Assembly: GCA_034226945.1 (NCBI GenBank)
Contig: CP120459.1
Span: forward strand, 682,001 to 746,000
DNA length: 64,000 bases
Direction of reading: 5' to 3'
Origin: Picochlorum sp. SENEW3
Lineage: Eukaryota
How positions within the stretch are numbered: the stretch's first letter is position 1; each line of letters opens with the position of its first letter. Shown here piece after piece: positions 48,107 through 59,131 of this stretch. Below the pieces are notes generated by a model. It saw only the letters and a list, made by a program, of their open reading frames with translations. It was not told the DNA's origin and searched no databases. The position numbers and the translations under genes were made by a program.

Positions 48107-49486
48107 ATGCAGTTTGTACCAAGCAGCTCTCGCATGCAAAGCCAACCTACCATCACATTGGCTACATTAAAAAGGAATCTTCCTGTGTCTTGGAATACAG
48201 TACATACATTTGTGTCGAAACGCGTCCATCAGGGACTCACGTGCTGTGCAAGGCCCGCCTCCATGACGACAACGACGACAGAAGAAAAGCGTGGTGTGGA
48301 ACACTTTAATCCTTTGGATCAGCAGCATATCGTTGAGAAGGTCAAATTTTATGATAAAGTGAATAGAATTGAGGATGTGCCGCATGTGGAGGCTGCGTGG
48401 GATTGGTTTGCTGGGCTTGGTAAGCCAAAGTTGTGGGTGGCACCCATGGTGGATCAGAGTGAGTTGGCGTTTCGAATGCTATGCAAGACGTATGGAGCAG
48501 ATGCTGCGTATACACCCATGCTTCACGCTCGTCTCTTTAATGAGACACTGGCATACAGAGAGGAGCATTTTCTGACGTGTCCAGAGGAGGACAGGCCCTT
48601 GTTGGCACAATTTTGTGCAAATGATCCAGACATTTTGCTTGCTGCTGCGCGACATGTGGAGCCATATGTGGATGGGGTGGATATTAACCTTGGCTGTCCT
48701 CAACGAATAGCGAAGAAAGGTAGATATGGAGCATATCTTATGGATGATATTCCATTGATTGAGTCTCTGGTGAGAACCCTGGCAGAGAATTTGTCCGTTC
48801 CGGTGACCGTGAAAATTCGTAGGTTTCCGGATATTCGAGATACAATTGAGTATGCAGCTCGTCTTGAGAAGGCTGGGGCCAGCCTTGTTGCAGTTCATGG
48901 GCGGTTGCGTGAGGAAAAGAGGTCAATAGCAAGTATGGCTTGTTGGGAGACAATAGCGGCTGTGAAAAAGTCTTTGCATGTTCCTGTTCTTGCTAATGGG
49001 AATTTGAGAAACATGTTTGATGTGCAGCACTGTTTAGAATTGACCGGGGCGGATGGAGTCATGTCAGCGGAATCATTGCTGGAAGACCCAGCAATGTTTT
49101 CTCCAAAGAGACTCTTGCCAGGAGGAGAATACAAGCCCAGTGAAGGACCTCACCTTCTTCTGGAATACTGTGACTGGGCAGAGAAATTCCCACCACCCTA
49201 TCGGATGGTTCGAGGGCATTCTTTTGCAATGCTGGGGTCTTGGTTATCTGAATTTATTGACATGCGAGAAGAGTTGCGGACTTCAGTTCGAGATATTCCA
49301 GCGCTGCGCGAATTCACTGGTCGTTTAATTCAAAAAATTGAAGCAACAGGCAGAGATCATCCTATACCCGCTGTATCCAAAAGGCGCCTGAAGGCCATGG
49401 AAGCAGAGGCAGCAAAGGAAGCTGCAATCCAAGCACAAGAAGAGGAAGAAAAAGCATTGGCTGCCCTGGACTGGAGCGATGCTTGA
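48107..49486 (+). CDS. DUS1: tRNA-dihydrouridine synthase, DUS1-like
   Basis: Motifs 'APMVDQSELAFR', 'YTPMLHAR', 'DRPLLAQFCAND', 'DINLGCPQ', 'VHGR', 'ANGN'. Confidence 0.9.
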   Translation: MQFVPSSSRMQSQPTITLATLKRNLPVSWNTVHTFVSKRVHQGLTCCARPASMTTTTTEEKRGVEHFNPLDQQHIVEKVKFYDKVNRIEDVPHVEAAWDWFAGLGKPKLWVAPMVDQSELAFRMLCKTYGADAAYTPMLHARLFNETLAYREEHFLTCPEEDRPLLAQFCANDPDILLAAARHVEPYVDGVDINLGCPQRIAKKGRYGAYLMDDIPLIESLVRTLAENLSVPVTVKIRRFPDIRDTIEYAARLEKAGASLVAVHGRLREEKRSIASMACWETIAAVKKSLHVPVLANGNLRNMFDVQHCLELTGADGVMSAESLLEDPAMFSPKRLLPGGEYKPSEGPHLLLEYCDWAEKFPPPYRMVRGHSFAMLGSWLSEFIDMREELRTSVRDIPALREFTGRLIQKIEATGRDHPIPAVSKRRLKAMEAEAAKEAAIQAQEEEEKALAALDWSDA

Positions 49487-49546
49487 TTGCTATTTTATGT
49501 AGAACATTTATATTAGCTGTGTATACAATAGTTATTTTTTAATTCA

Positions 49547-50326
49547 TTACAGATCATCCAGTTCAATATTCAAGTCTACAGTGTCATCCTTCTGTTGAAG
49601 ATCGATCAAGCCTGCACTCTCCTTTGCGAGCTCAGATATCCCAATTCTCCCTCGCTGCTTGATAAATGCTGCGACACTTTTCATCTCCTCATCAGATATA
49701 TAAATATATTTACCTCTATCGTCCATAATTCCCGTGATTCTCTTGTCACCCTCCAGCTGCTTCACCTTTTCAATCACATCTGCAGTGCGAATTCCAAACT
49801 GTGCTGCCATGTCCTCCAAGGGAACCATCTTCTTCGTCTTGATGTACTCCACCATATTATTTAATAGTTCTTCTCCATCTTTTTTGGAAATAGCTTCTTC
49901 TCCAGCCTCCTGCATCGTAAACATGTGCATCCATTTTTCTGCCTCTTCTTGCTCTTTTGCCTCCCTCTCCTGAGCTACACGAAGCATTTCGGCCCGCTGG
50001 GCCTCTTCCTGCGCCTCCCTTTCAGCATCCTTAGCAGCTCTTCTTTGTTCATATGCATCTCGGCGTGAAACTGGTTTCTGCTGCTCCTCCTCCGGTCGAG
50101 GCTCCTCCTCCTCCTCCTCTTCGTCTTCCTCCAGGCCTCGTCGTCTAGCACCACCTCGCCTTCTACGCAGCCCAGCTCTCATTCTATTTGATCTATCAGC
50201 TAATTCATTTCTACCTGGTCCCTGATCAGATTGTAATTCCTCCTGGCTAGAGACACTTCGGGTTGCAACGATTGCAATTACAACCAGCGCAACAAGTGCC
50301 ACAATAGCGACCACTAAAGGAATCAT
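49547..50326 (-). CDS. DDRGK1: DDRGK domain-containing protein 1 (UFM1 E3 adaptor)
   Basis: N-terminal TM anchor, coiled coil, and PCI-like domain with 'GIMDDRGKYIYIS'. Confidence 0.93.
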   Translation of the reverse strand: MIPLVVAIVALVALVVIAIVATRSVSSQEELQSDQGPGRNELADRSNRMRAGLRRRRGGARRRGLEEDEEEEEEEPRPEEEQQKPVSRRDAYEQRRAAKDAEREAQEEAQRAEMLRVAQEREAKEQEEAEKWMHMFTMQEAGEEAISKKDGEELLNNMVEYIKTKKMVPLEDMAAQFGIRTADVIEKVKQLEGDKRITGIMDDRGKYIYISDEEMKSVAAFIKQRGRIGISELAKESAGLIDLQQKDDTVDLNIELDDL

Positions 50327-50704
50327 ATTGCTATTTCTGGAAATTTGTACTAAATAAATACGAACTAAACACAGTGTCTATGAATTACCGCTGTCTGTGT
50401 TGATTAAACGATGCGTGCATGTTCAAAACAGTGCTAGTGATCTTGTTCATCTGAATCGTTCCGGCCATCCTGAACTATGGCATTCACCTCGATGCCCTTG
50501 TTGCCAGTGTCTTATAGTATGCACTTGAATCATGCATGGCTACCACTGTTGTCGCAGAGATTTTCCATATGGAAGTATGCATACTGAGAAAAGTGGTGGA
50601 TGCTTTACATTTCAACTGTATTCCAGAATGTACAAGTTTATTCATTCATACGTACGTATAAATTATTCACTTTTGCCTCCTACCTATCAGATACACTAGG
50701 AACA

Positions 50705-51661
50705 CTATGACACAGTGATATTCGAACAGAGATCCTCTTGCTTTAACACGTGTGATGAGATTCCAAAAAGGCAATAGTCAACAGCATAATGTCTCTCGAG
50801 GTCCTTCAATTGCTTCTCAGATAGATCTGATGCTGCAAAGGTAAAATTGTAAATTCCATACTCTGAATCTGAACGAGCTCTTGTTTTCTCCGAGGACCAA
50901 CGAAAATCACAAGTGGTATGCGAATGGCATGCTGATAGACCCCCACAGAATGCTCTCTTCATCATGCGCCTTGATCGTTCCACAGGACCAATAAAGATCG
51001 AATCTAATCTATTCCTGAAACTAATCCGTGATTTGATGAAGTTAAACTGAGGCATTAGATGAGGATCAGCTTCTTCGCCGTGGAGGACTCTTGATATGAA
51101 ATGATCAAGGTGCTCTTTGGATTGGTGTTCAGGCACAGAGGCTCCTCTGCGCTTCATAACTTCATGGTATCCGGATAAAAATCGCTCTATTGGATCTCTA
51201 TAAAAGCTTATACACAGATATTCCTCACACAGTTTCTTCAGATTGTAATGTTGTACTTCATTGTCACCAGTCCAAGCGCTGAAGACTCGAGCAGCCTCAT
51301 AACCAAATACACGTCTGCAATTATCTCTGAGGTTCTGGCCCTCTGAAGTGCCCCAGCTTTTGTAAATATGAATGTACGCGATTCTCAAGGGATCACATAA
51401 CCAAAGTTCGTCCCATGGAAATACATTTCCATGACGAATCTGTGAAGAATCACTCGAAAACTCAGCTTCCAAGGGGTATGGTCGACCACACTCAGAAAGC
51501 CTTCTTATGGAACGCCTTACGATACCATGTACACGGATTTGATTGTGGCTATTATTTATGAAAACATGCGATAGGAGAAGTGCTGAGAAGAGAAATACAA
51601 AGATAATGAGGATGGTTATGAGTTGGTGCCCGCGGATAGTATCCGAAAGGTACTCGGGCAT
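50705..51661 (-). CDS. Type II membrane sulfotransferase (Sulfotransfer_2-like)
   Basis: N-terminal TM, 5'-PSB-like 'YIHIYKSWGTS', 3'-PB-like 'FYRDPIERFLSGY', 'HLMPQ', 'HYAVDY'. Confidence 0.75.
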   Translation of the reverse strand: MPEYLSDTIRGHQLITILIIFVFLFSALLLSHVFINNSHNQIRVHGIVRRSIRRLSECGRPYPLEAEFSSDSSQIRHGNVFPWDELWLCDPLRIAYIHIYKSWGTSEGQNLRDNCRRVFGYEAARVFSAWTGDNEVQHYNLKKLCEEYLCISFYRDPIERFLSGYHEVMKRRGASVPEHQSKEHLDHFISRVLHGEEADPHLMPQFNFIKSRISFRNRLDSIFIGPVERSRRMMKRAFCGGLSACHSHTTCDFRWSSEKTRARSDSEYGIYNFTFAASDLSEKQLKDLERHYAVDYCLFGISSHVLKQEDLCSNITVS

Positions 51662-52460
51662 CCTCCCCACTCTCAACCTATCAGCATGGATTATTTATGG
51701 ACAAAACAATTTGAAAATAATCGCTCAGCAATGGTGCTTCCCACAGATGAGAAGGCATCCGTTGTCAAACATGGGATTCATCTTTCCCAGGTTCCAGTTG
51801 ACCTAATCAGGATGAGTAGGCCGCCTGGCATGAGATACTCGTAGGGCCATGCAACATAACACTGGCCAGCTCGTTATGAAAAGTCTACCCCCCGGTAGAA
51901 TTAAGTTCATTTTGAACCTTTTTGGGTGATAGATCTGCGTCTGCCAGCCCTGGCCGTGCCAACGTGTCGTGTGTTTGGGTGTGTTTGTGGACGGAGCCGT
52001 TTGCGCATCTCCGCCGGTCCCGGCGCACCCACGGGGCATACAAATCAAAATAGCCCCAAATGGGTCTCTTGCGGCATCTGGCGCCTCCAGTTCTGGGTGC
52101 CCAAGGCGCCCGATGTGTTCCGACCTGGTCGGGGAAGCTGGGGGAGAAGCTGCTGGCGTGCCCCATCCGACAAGGCCCGTGAGCGGCAGGTGGTGGCCTG
52201 TCCCGTGCCAGCCTGGCAAATTCAAATTTTGAATGTCACCGTGGATGGGCGTGGCCCCGTGCACAAACCAATTACCACTTGGATACTTTCAACCGGAAAA
52301 GAAATAATCTTTGAATCTTTTGTGGACAGAGACAGGATGAGACGCTGCGTGAAACGAAGTGTGACACATGTGCTGCACGAGGTGCGTTTTTTTGAAAGTT
52401 TCGATGGAGGGCATGGCATGCGCATCTGCGTGCTCCATATTGTTTGATAAGCATATTGTG

Positions 52461-53266
52461 ATGTTTTGGGCGTGGGTTCGTGGTGGTTTGTGCGGGGCTG
52501 GTGTGGTGCCTTCTCCAGGGTGCAGGCCGTTGGGCAGGGCAGGCTGGGAAGGGGGGAAGAAGGGTTGTTGTTAACCGCGGACGTGCCGGGGTCCCCGACG
52601 AGTTGCAGTTTGAACCCACAGGCTGTATTGGGGTCGCAGACGGCGCCGACTCACGCGACGTGGCTGTTTGTGTTGCAGGATACCACCACCATACCATCAG
52701 TGAGGACAACAAGGAGGTCGAGCAAGAGGCAGAGGGTTGCCCAAGCCAGCAGCGAGGATTCTGCCCTCACCTCCTCCATTCTGGTGCCCCACAACGGCGA
52801 CAAGGCAGCGGCGGATGCGACGACAAGGCAGCACGACATGGAGGCAGCCGAGAAGGCAGTGGTGACAGCCCTGGTGCGGTCCATCTGCCCCCAGGAAGGT
52901 GGCTTGCCCGTGGTGAGCGCAGGCCGCCCAAGGAGGCTGTCTGCCAGGAGGACCAAGTACGAGTTGAGGGAGGAGGAGGACACCAGGATCGCGTCGGCCG
53001 AGGAGCAGCGCTCCCGTCAAGCATGCGCGACTCGCACCGCAGGCAGCGGTGTGAACCATGCCCAGGTGGTGGCAGCAGCAGAGAGCCTGGTGCTGTTGAA
53101 GCACACAGTCCCCTCCAAGCGGGGATCCAAGCGGGGGTCCAAGCCCAGGTCCAAGGTGCCCCAAACAAGCTCCATGTGGTCCAACCTCGACCTCCTGGCG
53201 ACGGCGGCCTGCGACATGAGCGGGACCCAACGGGCCACCAGGCGTGGGTTGAGGTCCAGATCATAG
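52461..53266 (+). CDS. Orphan basic protein, copy 1 (about 200 aa if spliced 52475^52679)
   Basis: Putative ATG 52461 with a GTTCGT donor, ACTCAC branch point and TTGCAG acceptor. The GC-rich exon is open to TAG at 53266, and TGTAA follows at 53581. Confidence 0.5.
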
Positions 53267-54272
53267 GCACCTCCCACAGCCCACCACCCTGCCCTACGGT
53301 CCTTCTGTGGTCTTCTGTGGACAAACAGGACAAGATCGAGATGATACACAGTACAGGAGAACATCGAAGGAAGAAGAAATAGAAACTCAACACTGGACCA
53401 GGAGAGGAGACTAGTCTGATGGAATGATACAGCACTGAAAACTCTTGCACCGTGTGAACATTTGATAGATTTGATAGATTTGATTGATGGGCCGATTTCT
53501 TTGGTCTGTTTGGTTTTAGTTGCTCGTGATGCAATACCGACGTATTGAACACGCATGAATGCTTTACAAAGGTTGAAACCTGTAACAACAACAACAGCAG
53601 CAGCAGGATTACATGCCACCACCAGCTGGCCTGCGTTGGCTGGGTCATTCTGTTTCGCAGGCTGCATCGTGGCATTGCCTGCCACGTTCCGGTCTCCAGT
53701 TCTCTGATTGATTTGGCTTCATTTTGAACCTTGTTGGGTGATAGATCTGCGTCTGCCAGCCCTGGCCGTGCCAACGTGTCGTGTGTTTGGGTGTGTTTGT
53801 GGACGGAGCCGTTTGCTCATCTCCGCCGGTCCCGGCGCACCCACGGGGCATACAAATCAAAATAGCCCCAAATGGGTCTCTTGCGGCATCTGGCGCCTCC
53901 AGTTCTGGGTGCCCAAGGCGCCCGATGTGTTCCGACCTGGTCGGGGAAGCTGGGGGAGAAGCTGCTGGCGTGCCCCATCCGACAAGGCCCGTGAGCGGCA
54001 GGTGGTGGCCTGTCCCGTGCCAGCCTGGCAAATTCAAATTTTGAATGTCACCGTGGATGGGCGTGGCCCCGTGCACAAACCAATTACCACTTGGATACTT
54101 TCAACCGGAAAAGAAATAATCTTTGAATCTTTTGTGGACAGAGACAGGATGAGACGCTGCGTGAAACGAAGTGTGACACATGTGCTGCACGAGGTGCGTT
54201 TTTTTGAAAGTTTCGATGGAGGGCATGGCATGCGCATCTGCGTGCTCCATATTGTTTGATAAGCATATTGTG

Positions 54273-55078
54273 ATGTTTTGGGCGTGGGTTCGTGGTGGTT
54301 TGTGCGGGGCTGGTGTGGTGCCTTCTCCAGGGTGCAGGCCGTTGGGCAGGGCAGGCTGGGAAGGGGGGAAGAAGGGTTGTTGTTAACCGCGGACGTGCCG
54401 GGGTCCCCGACGAGTTGCAGTTTGAACCCACAGGCTGTATTGGGGTCGCAGACGGCGCCGACTCACGCGACGTGGCTGTTTGTGTTGCAGGATACCACCA
54501 CCATACCATCAGTGAGGACAACAAGGAGGTCGAGCAAGAGGCAGAGGGTTGCCCAAGCCAGCAGCGAGGATTCTGCCCTCACCTCCTCCATTCTGGTGCC
54601 CCACAACGGCGACAAGGCAGCGGCGGATGCGACGACAAGGCAGCACGACATGGAGGCAGCCGAGAAGGCAGTGGTGACAGCCCTGGTGCGGTCCATCTGC
54701 CCCCAGGAAGGTGGCTTGCCCGTGGTGAGCGCAGGCCGCCCAAGGAGGCTGTCTGCCAGGAGGACCAAGTACGAGTTGAGGGAGGAGGAGGACACCAGGA
54801 TCGCGTCGGCCGAGGAGCAGCGCTCCCGTCAAGCATGCGCGACTCGCACCGCAGGCAGCGGTGTGAACCATGCCCAGGTGGTGGCAGCAGCAGAGAGCCT
54901 GGTGCTGTTGAAGCACACAGTCCCCTCCAAGCGGGGATCCAAGCGGGGGTCCAAGCCCAGGTCCAAGGTGCCCCAAACAAGCTCCATGTGGTCCAACCTC
55001 GACCTCCTGGCGACGGCGGCCTGCGACATGAGCGGGACCCAACGGGCCACCAGGCGTGGGTTGAGGTCCAGATCATAG
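54273..55078 (+). CDS. Orphan basic protein, copy 2
   Basis: Identical translation to copy 1. Confidence 0.5.
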
Positions 55079-55533
55079 GCACCTCCCACAGCCCACCACC
55101 CTGCCCTACGGTCCTTCTGTGGTCTTCTGTGGACAAACAGGACAAGATCGAGATGATACACAGTACAGGAGAACATCGAAGGAAGAAGAAATAGAAACTC
55201 AACACTGGACCAGGAGAGGAGACTAGTCTGATGGAATGATACAGCACTGAAAACTCTTGCACCGTGTGAACATTTGATAGATTTGATAGATTTGATTGAT
55301 GGGCCGATTTCTTTGGTCTGTTTGGTTTTATTTGCTCGTGATGCAATACCGACGTATTGAACACGCATGAATGCTTTACAAAGGTTGAAACCTGTAACAA
55401 CAACAACAGCAGCAGCACACCACTGCCTAGTGGCCTGCAGGCCAGGGGAAACCTGGCCGTTGGCTCGGTCATGTATCTGTAATTCTCATATAGACACTGT
55501 GCATATTACACAAATGTACAATTGATTCGAAAT

Positions 55534-57002
55534 TTATCCCACGATGTTTGGCCTGCATTCAGGAGTCAAACAGCTTTGGTCATTGAACATTTGTCCTGTT
55601 GTCAACTTATTTTCACAGCATTTTCTGCAGTTTTGCTGCGATGCACAGCTTGCTCCAAGCACCGGTGTGGACGGTGACTGACCAAATGGAAAGCATTGTG
55701 ATGTCAAGCAAGACGGATCATTTCTCCACGTGCCCTGGATGAACTTTCTCTGGCAGCATGACCTGCAATCTGTGGTTGAGCTGCACTGACTGCCGAGTGG
55801 AGGTGGACTTGGCTTTGGTGGACTTGGCTTTGGTGGACTTGGCTTTGGTGCTGGGGGTGGAGGCAAAAATGGCGAGCACTGTGGTGTGAAACATGAAGCA
55901 TCATTTTTCATTGTTCCTTTGGTAGCCTTTGAGAAACAGCAATCTCTGCATGCTGGTCCAGTTGATGCACATTCTGCTCCAGGTGTTGGATTAGGCGGTG
56001 CCACAAATGGAGAGCATTGATACGTGAAACAGCTCCCATCAGAAGTCATGGTTCCCGTGAGAAGTTTCTTCTCACAGCATGATCTGCAATTTGAGGGTCC
56101 AGTGGAAGAACATTGTGAGCCCAGTGGACTCGGAGGAGGAGAGGGGGTCACACATCCTCCGTTACAGCTACAAATCTGACCCACAGATGCCTTCTGAAAC
56201 ACTGGTGCCGTCACCTGCTGCACTGGCTTGGGTGATATTTTTGAACACTGACCACCTGACACAGAGCAAGTACCATCACTGTACTGCACCAATGATGGAT
56301 CACTCGAACTTCCAGAAATGACCAGTCCTTCAGGACCACCAATATATATATTAGTGGTCGAGGCCTGAGCAATATTGGCATTCTGCAACACCTGGTTCAA
56401 AGAAACAGACCCTGCACCCTGCTGAGCAGCAACCTGAGCAGAACCTAGTGCCCCAATGATGCTCAAGGCTCCCGTCGACTGCTGCGAAATCACAGCAAAT
56501 GAGTTTGAATTATCAAGACCAACAGTAATATCTCCGCTGTACCCTATGGTCTGGATATTAAGGGCACTCGAGTTGAGCCCACTCACAACAGTCAAAGCAC
56601 CAGGACCAGACTGTGAAATTGTGTCCAGCACATCAGATGGCATCGTCACTTGAATCCCAACAGGAGAAGAGCTCTTAAATATACCAGTGTTCTCAATATT
56701 CAAACTCCCATCCTACATAATATGATTCAATGGGGTCATATTGGCGTCAGAAAGGAACACTGATTCTACCCTAGACCTACCTTGACATAAGCATTCAAGT
56801 TCTTCGTCACAGCCGAGTCCCCAACGAACTCAACCGAATACTTTGATGGATCAGATGATGGAATAACAGTCACCTGAACAGGACCACATTGTCTAATGCT
56901 GGTAAATGCGTTCAGATTCCAGACCGTGTTCGCAGACACGGCGCTCACAAAAGCATGCACAAGCATGCATAGCATGAGATATCTTGTCTCTAACGGTCTC
57001 AT
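55534..57002 (-). CDS. Secreted cell-surface protein: GIN/DUF2807-like beta domain, Pro-rich linkers and four Cys-rich repeats
   Basis: Signal peptide, then 'WNLNAFTSIRQCGPVQV...NLNAYVK|DGSLNI' (intron 56780-56713), SPPPSP/SPPKP linkers and repeated C-C-CC-C-C modules. Confidence 0.7.
55802..55850 (-). repeat. 15-bp tandem repeat (three copies) encoding KPSPP
   Basis: ggtggacttggcttt occurs three times in tandem. Confidence 0.9.
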
Positions 57003-57248
57003 GTTAAAACCCTTCGCATACAAATACACTGAAAAGGTTAGAAATGATGAAAAAGTCTTACAAACATGTGTGGATAGATTCCATCTAAAGACAAAAGGCC
57101 GCGTTGTCCCATCCAAGAAATGACTCTCTCTCAGAAACTTGTGCCACCAGGAAACTCAATGGCTTTGAGGCTTTTGCCCTTGCATGGCATTCTGAAAACA
57201 AAGATACGAGATTATTTTGAATATATAGATGATTAGAGTGTGTTTATT

Positions 57249-58932
57249 ATGCCTTTGATACTCGAGCCGTTCTCAACAGTGTTTTCAATTTCTGATTATC
57301 AATGCCAGTCTACTAGTTCCACTGCAGACGGGTCAAATGAGGAAGAAGCAGCACACATTGACGCATCTATTAGCGAGAAAATCTCCTCTTTGACTCTGGA
57401 TGCATATGATGCGCCTGGAGCTGAATCGACACGTTCAAATGACGATGCGTTGGAGCCATGTGCCGGCAGGAAAACCTGTGTAACGTGCGGTATAGCAGCT
57501 TTTGAAGATGATTTAGAGCAAAGAATTCATTTTAAGACTGATTGGCATCGATTTAATGTGAAGTTGAGGGCACTGAACAAAAAGCCAGTGCTGAAGGAGG
57601 AGGATTTCAATGCTCTGGTTGAGCAAGGAGGAGGAGGCTTGGATGATGACGTTGGTTCTATATCAGGTAGTGATGACGACGTATCTGATGATGATGAGTT
57701 GGAAAGGGTGCAAGACGCCAGTCTGTTGGCTCCGTATATTACATTTCGAGTCAGGAGTATACGTGATGGTACAACAGAGTGTAGGCTGGCAGTCTGGAAG
57801 TGCTTGCTCATGCCATCGTCATCTCGAAGCGACCATGCGAAGAACTTGGATCCTATAGAATGTGTACAGAGACTTGTGGGGATGAAGAAAGAGGCACAGC
57901 AATGGGCTGTGATTATGTTCCAAGGAGGTCATTTTGCAGCATGTGTGTACTCCATTGAGAGCCCTTCAGAAAATGTGTTGCAACGCACCGATAGGGCGAG
58001 TCACGAGATTGCTGAACTTTCTATGACGGAAATTGCACATAAATCATTTCATAGATATGTTGTTAGGGCAAAAGCAGGAGGTAAACAATCTGATAAGGAT
58101 GCTACAGGCAAAGTTGCAAAATCTGCTGGATCTCGATTGAGGAGGTATAATGAGGCCATGCTGAAGAAGCAAGTTGTGGAGACGTTGAACGCGTGGAAAG
58201 ATAATCTTTCGAACTGCAATTTGATTTTTGTATCGTGTCCTGGTTCAAATAGACTGGTACTTTTTGGTGGAGATGCACCCCCTTTGGACAAGAATGATGA
58301 GAGGATTCGAAAGGTCCCCTTTATGACTCGGCGTCCTACGATTTCGGAAACTAAACGAGTGGTCCGTACGTTGCTTACAATGTACAAGTATACTCCCAAG
58401 CAAATTCATCGGGAAGACAAAGTCGAACGAAAAGAGGAACACGTTGAATCTCACAAGCCTGACACGGAAGAGCGCCGGAGGGCTGAAAAGTTGGAGCTTC
58501 AAAAGCAGCAGCTCATGGCGCAAGAGAGAAATAAGAAGAAGAAGGAAAGAAGAAAGGAACAAAAACGTGCATCAAGGATGAAGGAAACTCAACTAAAAGA
58601 GGGAGAGGACACGGAGGGAAAAGAAGACGAGCCAAAGGCTGATAGCTTGGATGCAGCTTTGAAAAGTCTCGCTGCTGCCGCATCCGAGTCGACCATGAAA
58701 AGGTATGATGTGCAGTTATGTTCTTTTGTGAGATTTAAGTACTTCTACAATTATTATTTATCCACCCTGTAGATCAATGGCAGATCAAAAGAAGCCCCCT
58801 CAATCAAAAGAAAAGGCACGTTCAAAGAAAAACTCAGAAAGTATTGCGACGAGACGAGAAAAGCTAGCAGCTGCGGCAGAAGCTCGAGCGAAAGCTTTAG
58901 CAGCAGCTTCATCAAGTCAAAAGCTGTGGTAA
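57249..58932 (+). CDS. VMS1: Vms1/ANKZF1-like ribosome quality control factor
   Basis: Zn finger 'C..C...QRIHFKTDWHRFN', VLRF1 'GGHFA...HRYVVRAKAGGKQS...SAGSRLRRYNE', 'RRPT'. The last exon carries the VIM 'RREKLAAAAEAR'. Confidence 0.88.
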
Positions 58933-59131
58933 GCCGAGTATGTGTCATGCATGCAGGTGGACGATGGCATGACGTTGATCCATGTCATTGTCAGGATGTC
59001 AGCCATTCTTGGAGCAGGCCTCCTCGTCTTGACAACAATTCGTAAAAAATAGTGAACAGTACTTACGTATATCTCGGATATTTAAATGATAATAGACTCT
59101 ATCCAGCATCAGGAGTTGAATCGAGGGTACT

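Larger units (their letters stand above)
51906..55417 (+). repeat. Direct tandem duplication: two 1700-bp GC-rich copies (51906-53605, 53718-55417), period 1812 bp
   Basis: The ORF track repeats at an offset of 1812. I found three differences (51921/53733, 52005/53817, 53519/55331). The spacer is 112 bp. Confidence 0.97.

Noticed and set aside
52333..52356. Hammerhead-like string GGATGAG-ACGCTGCGT-GAAAC in the repeat unit
   Set aside because: The core is not CUGANGA and I could not build stems I and III.
52480..55472. Many long overlapping ORFs on both strands in the duplicated unit
   Set aside because: These are expected from high GC and few stop codons; there are no RT, transposase or Rep motifs.
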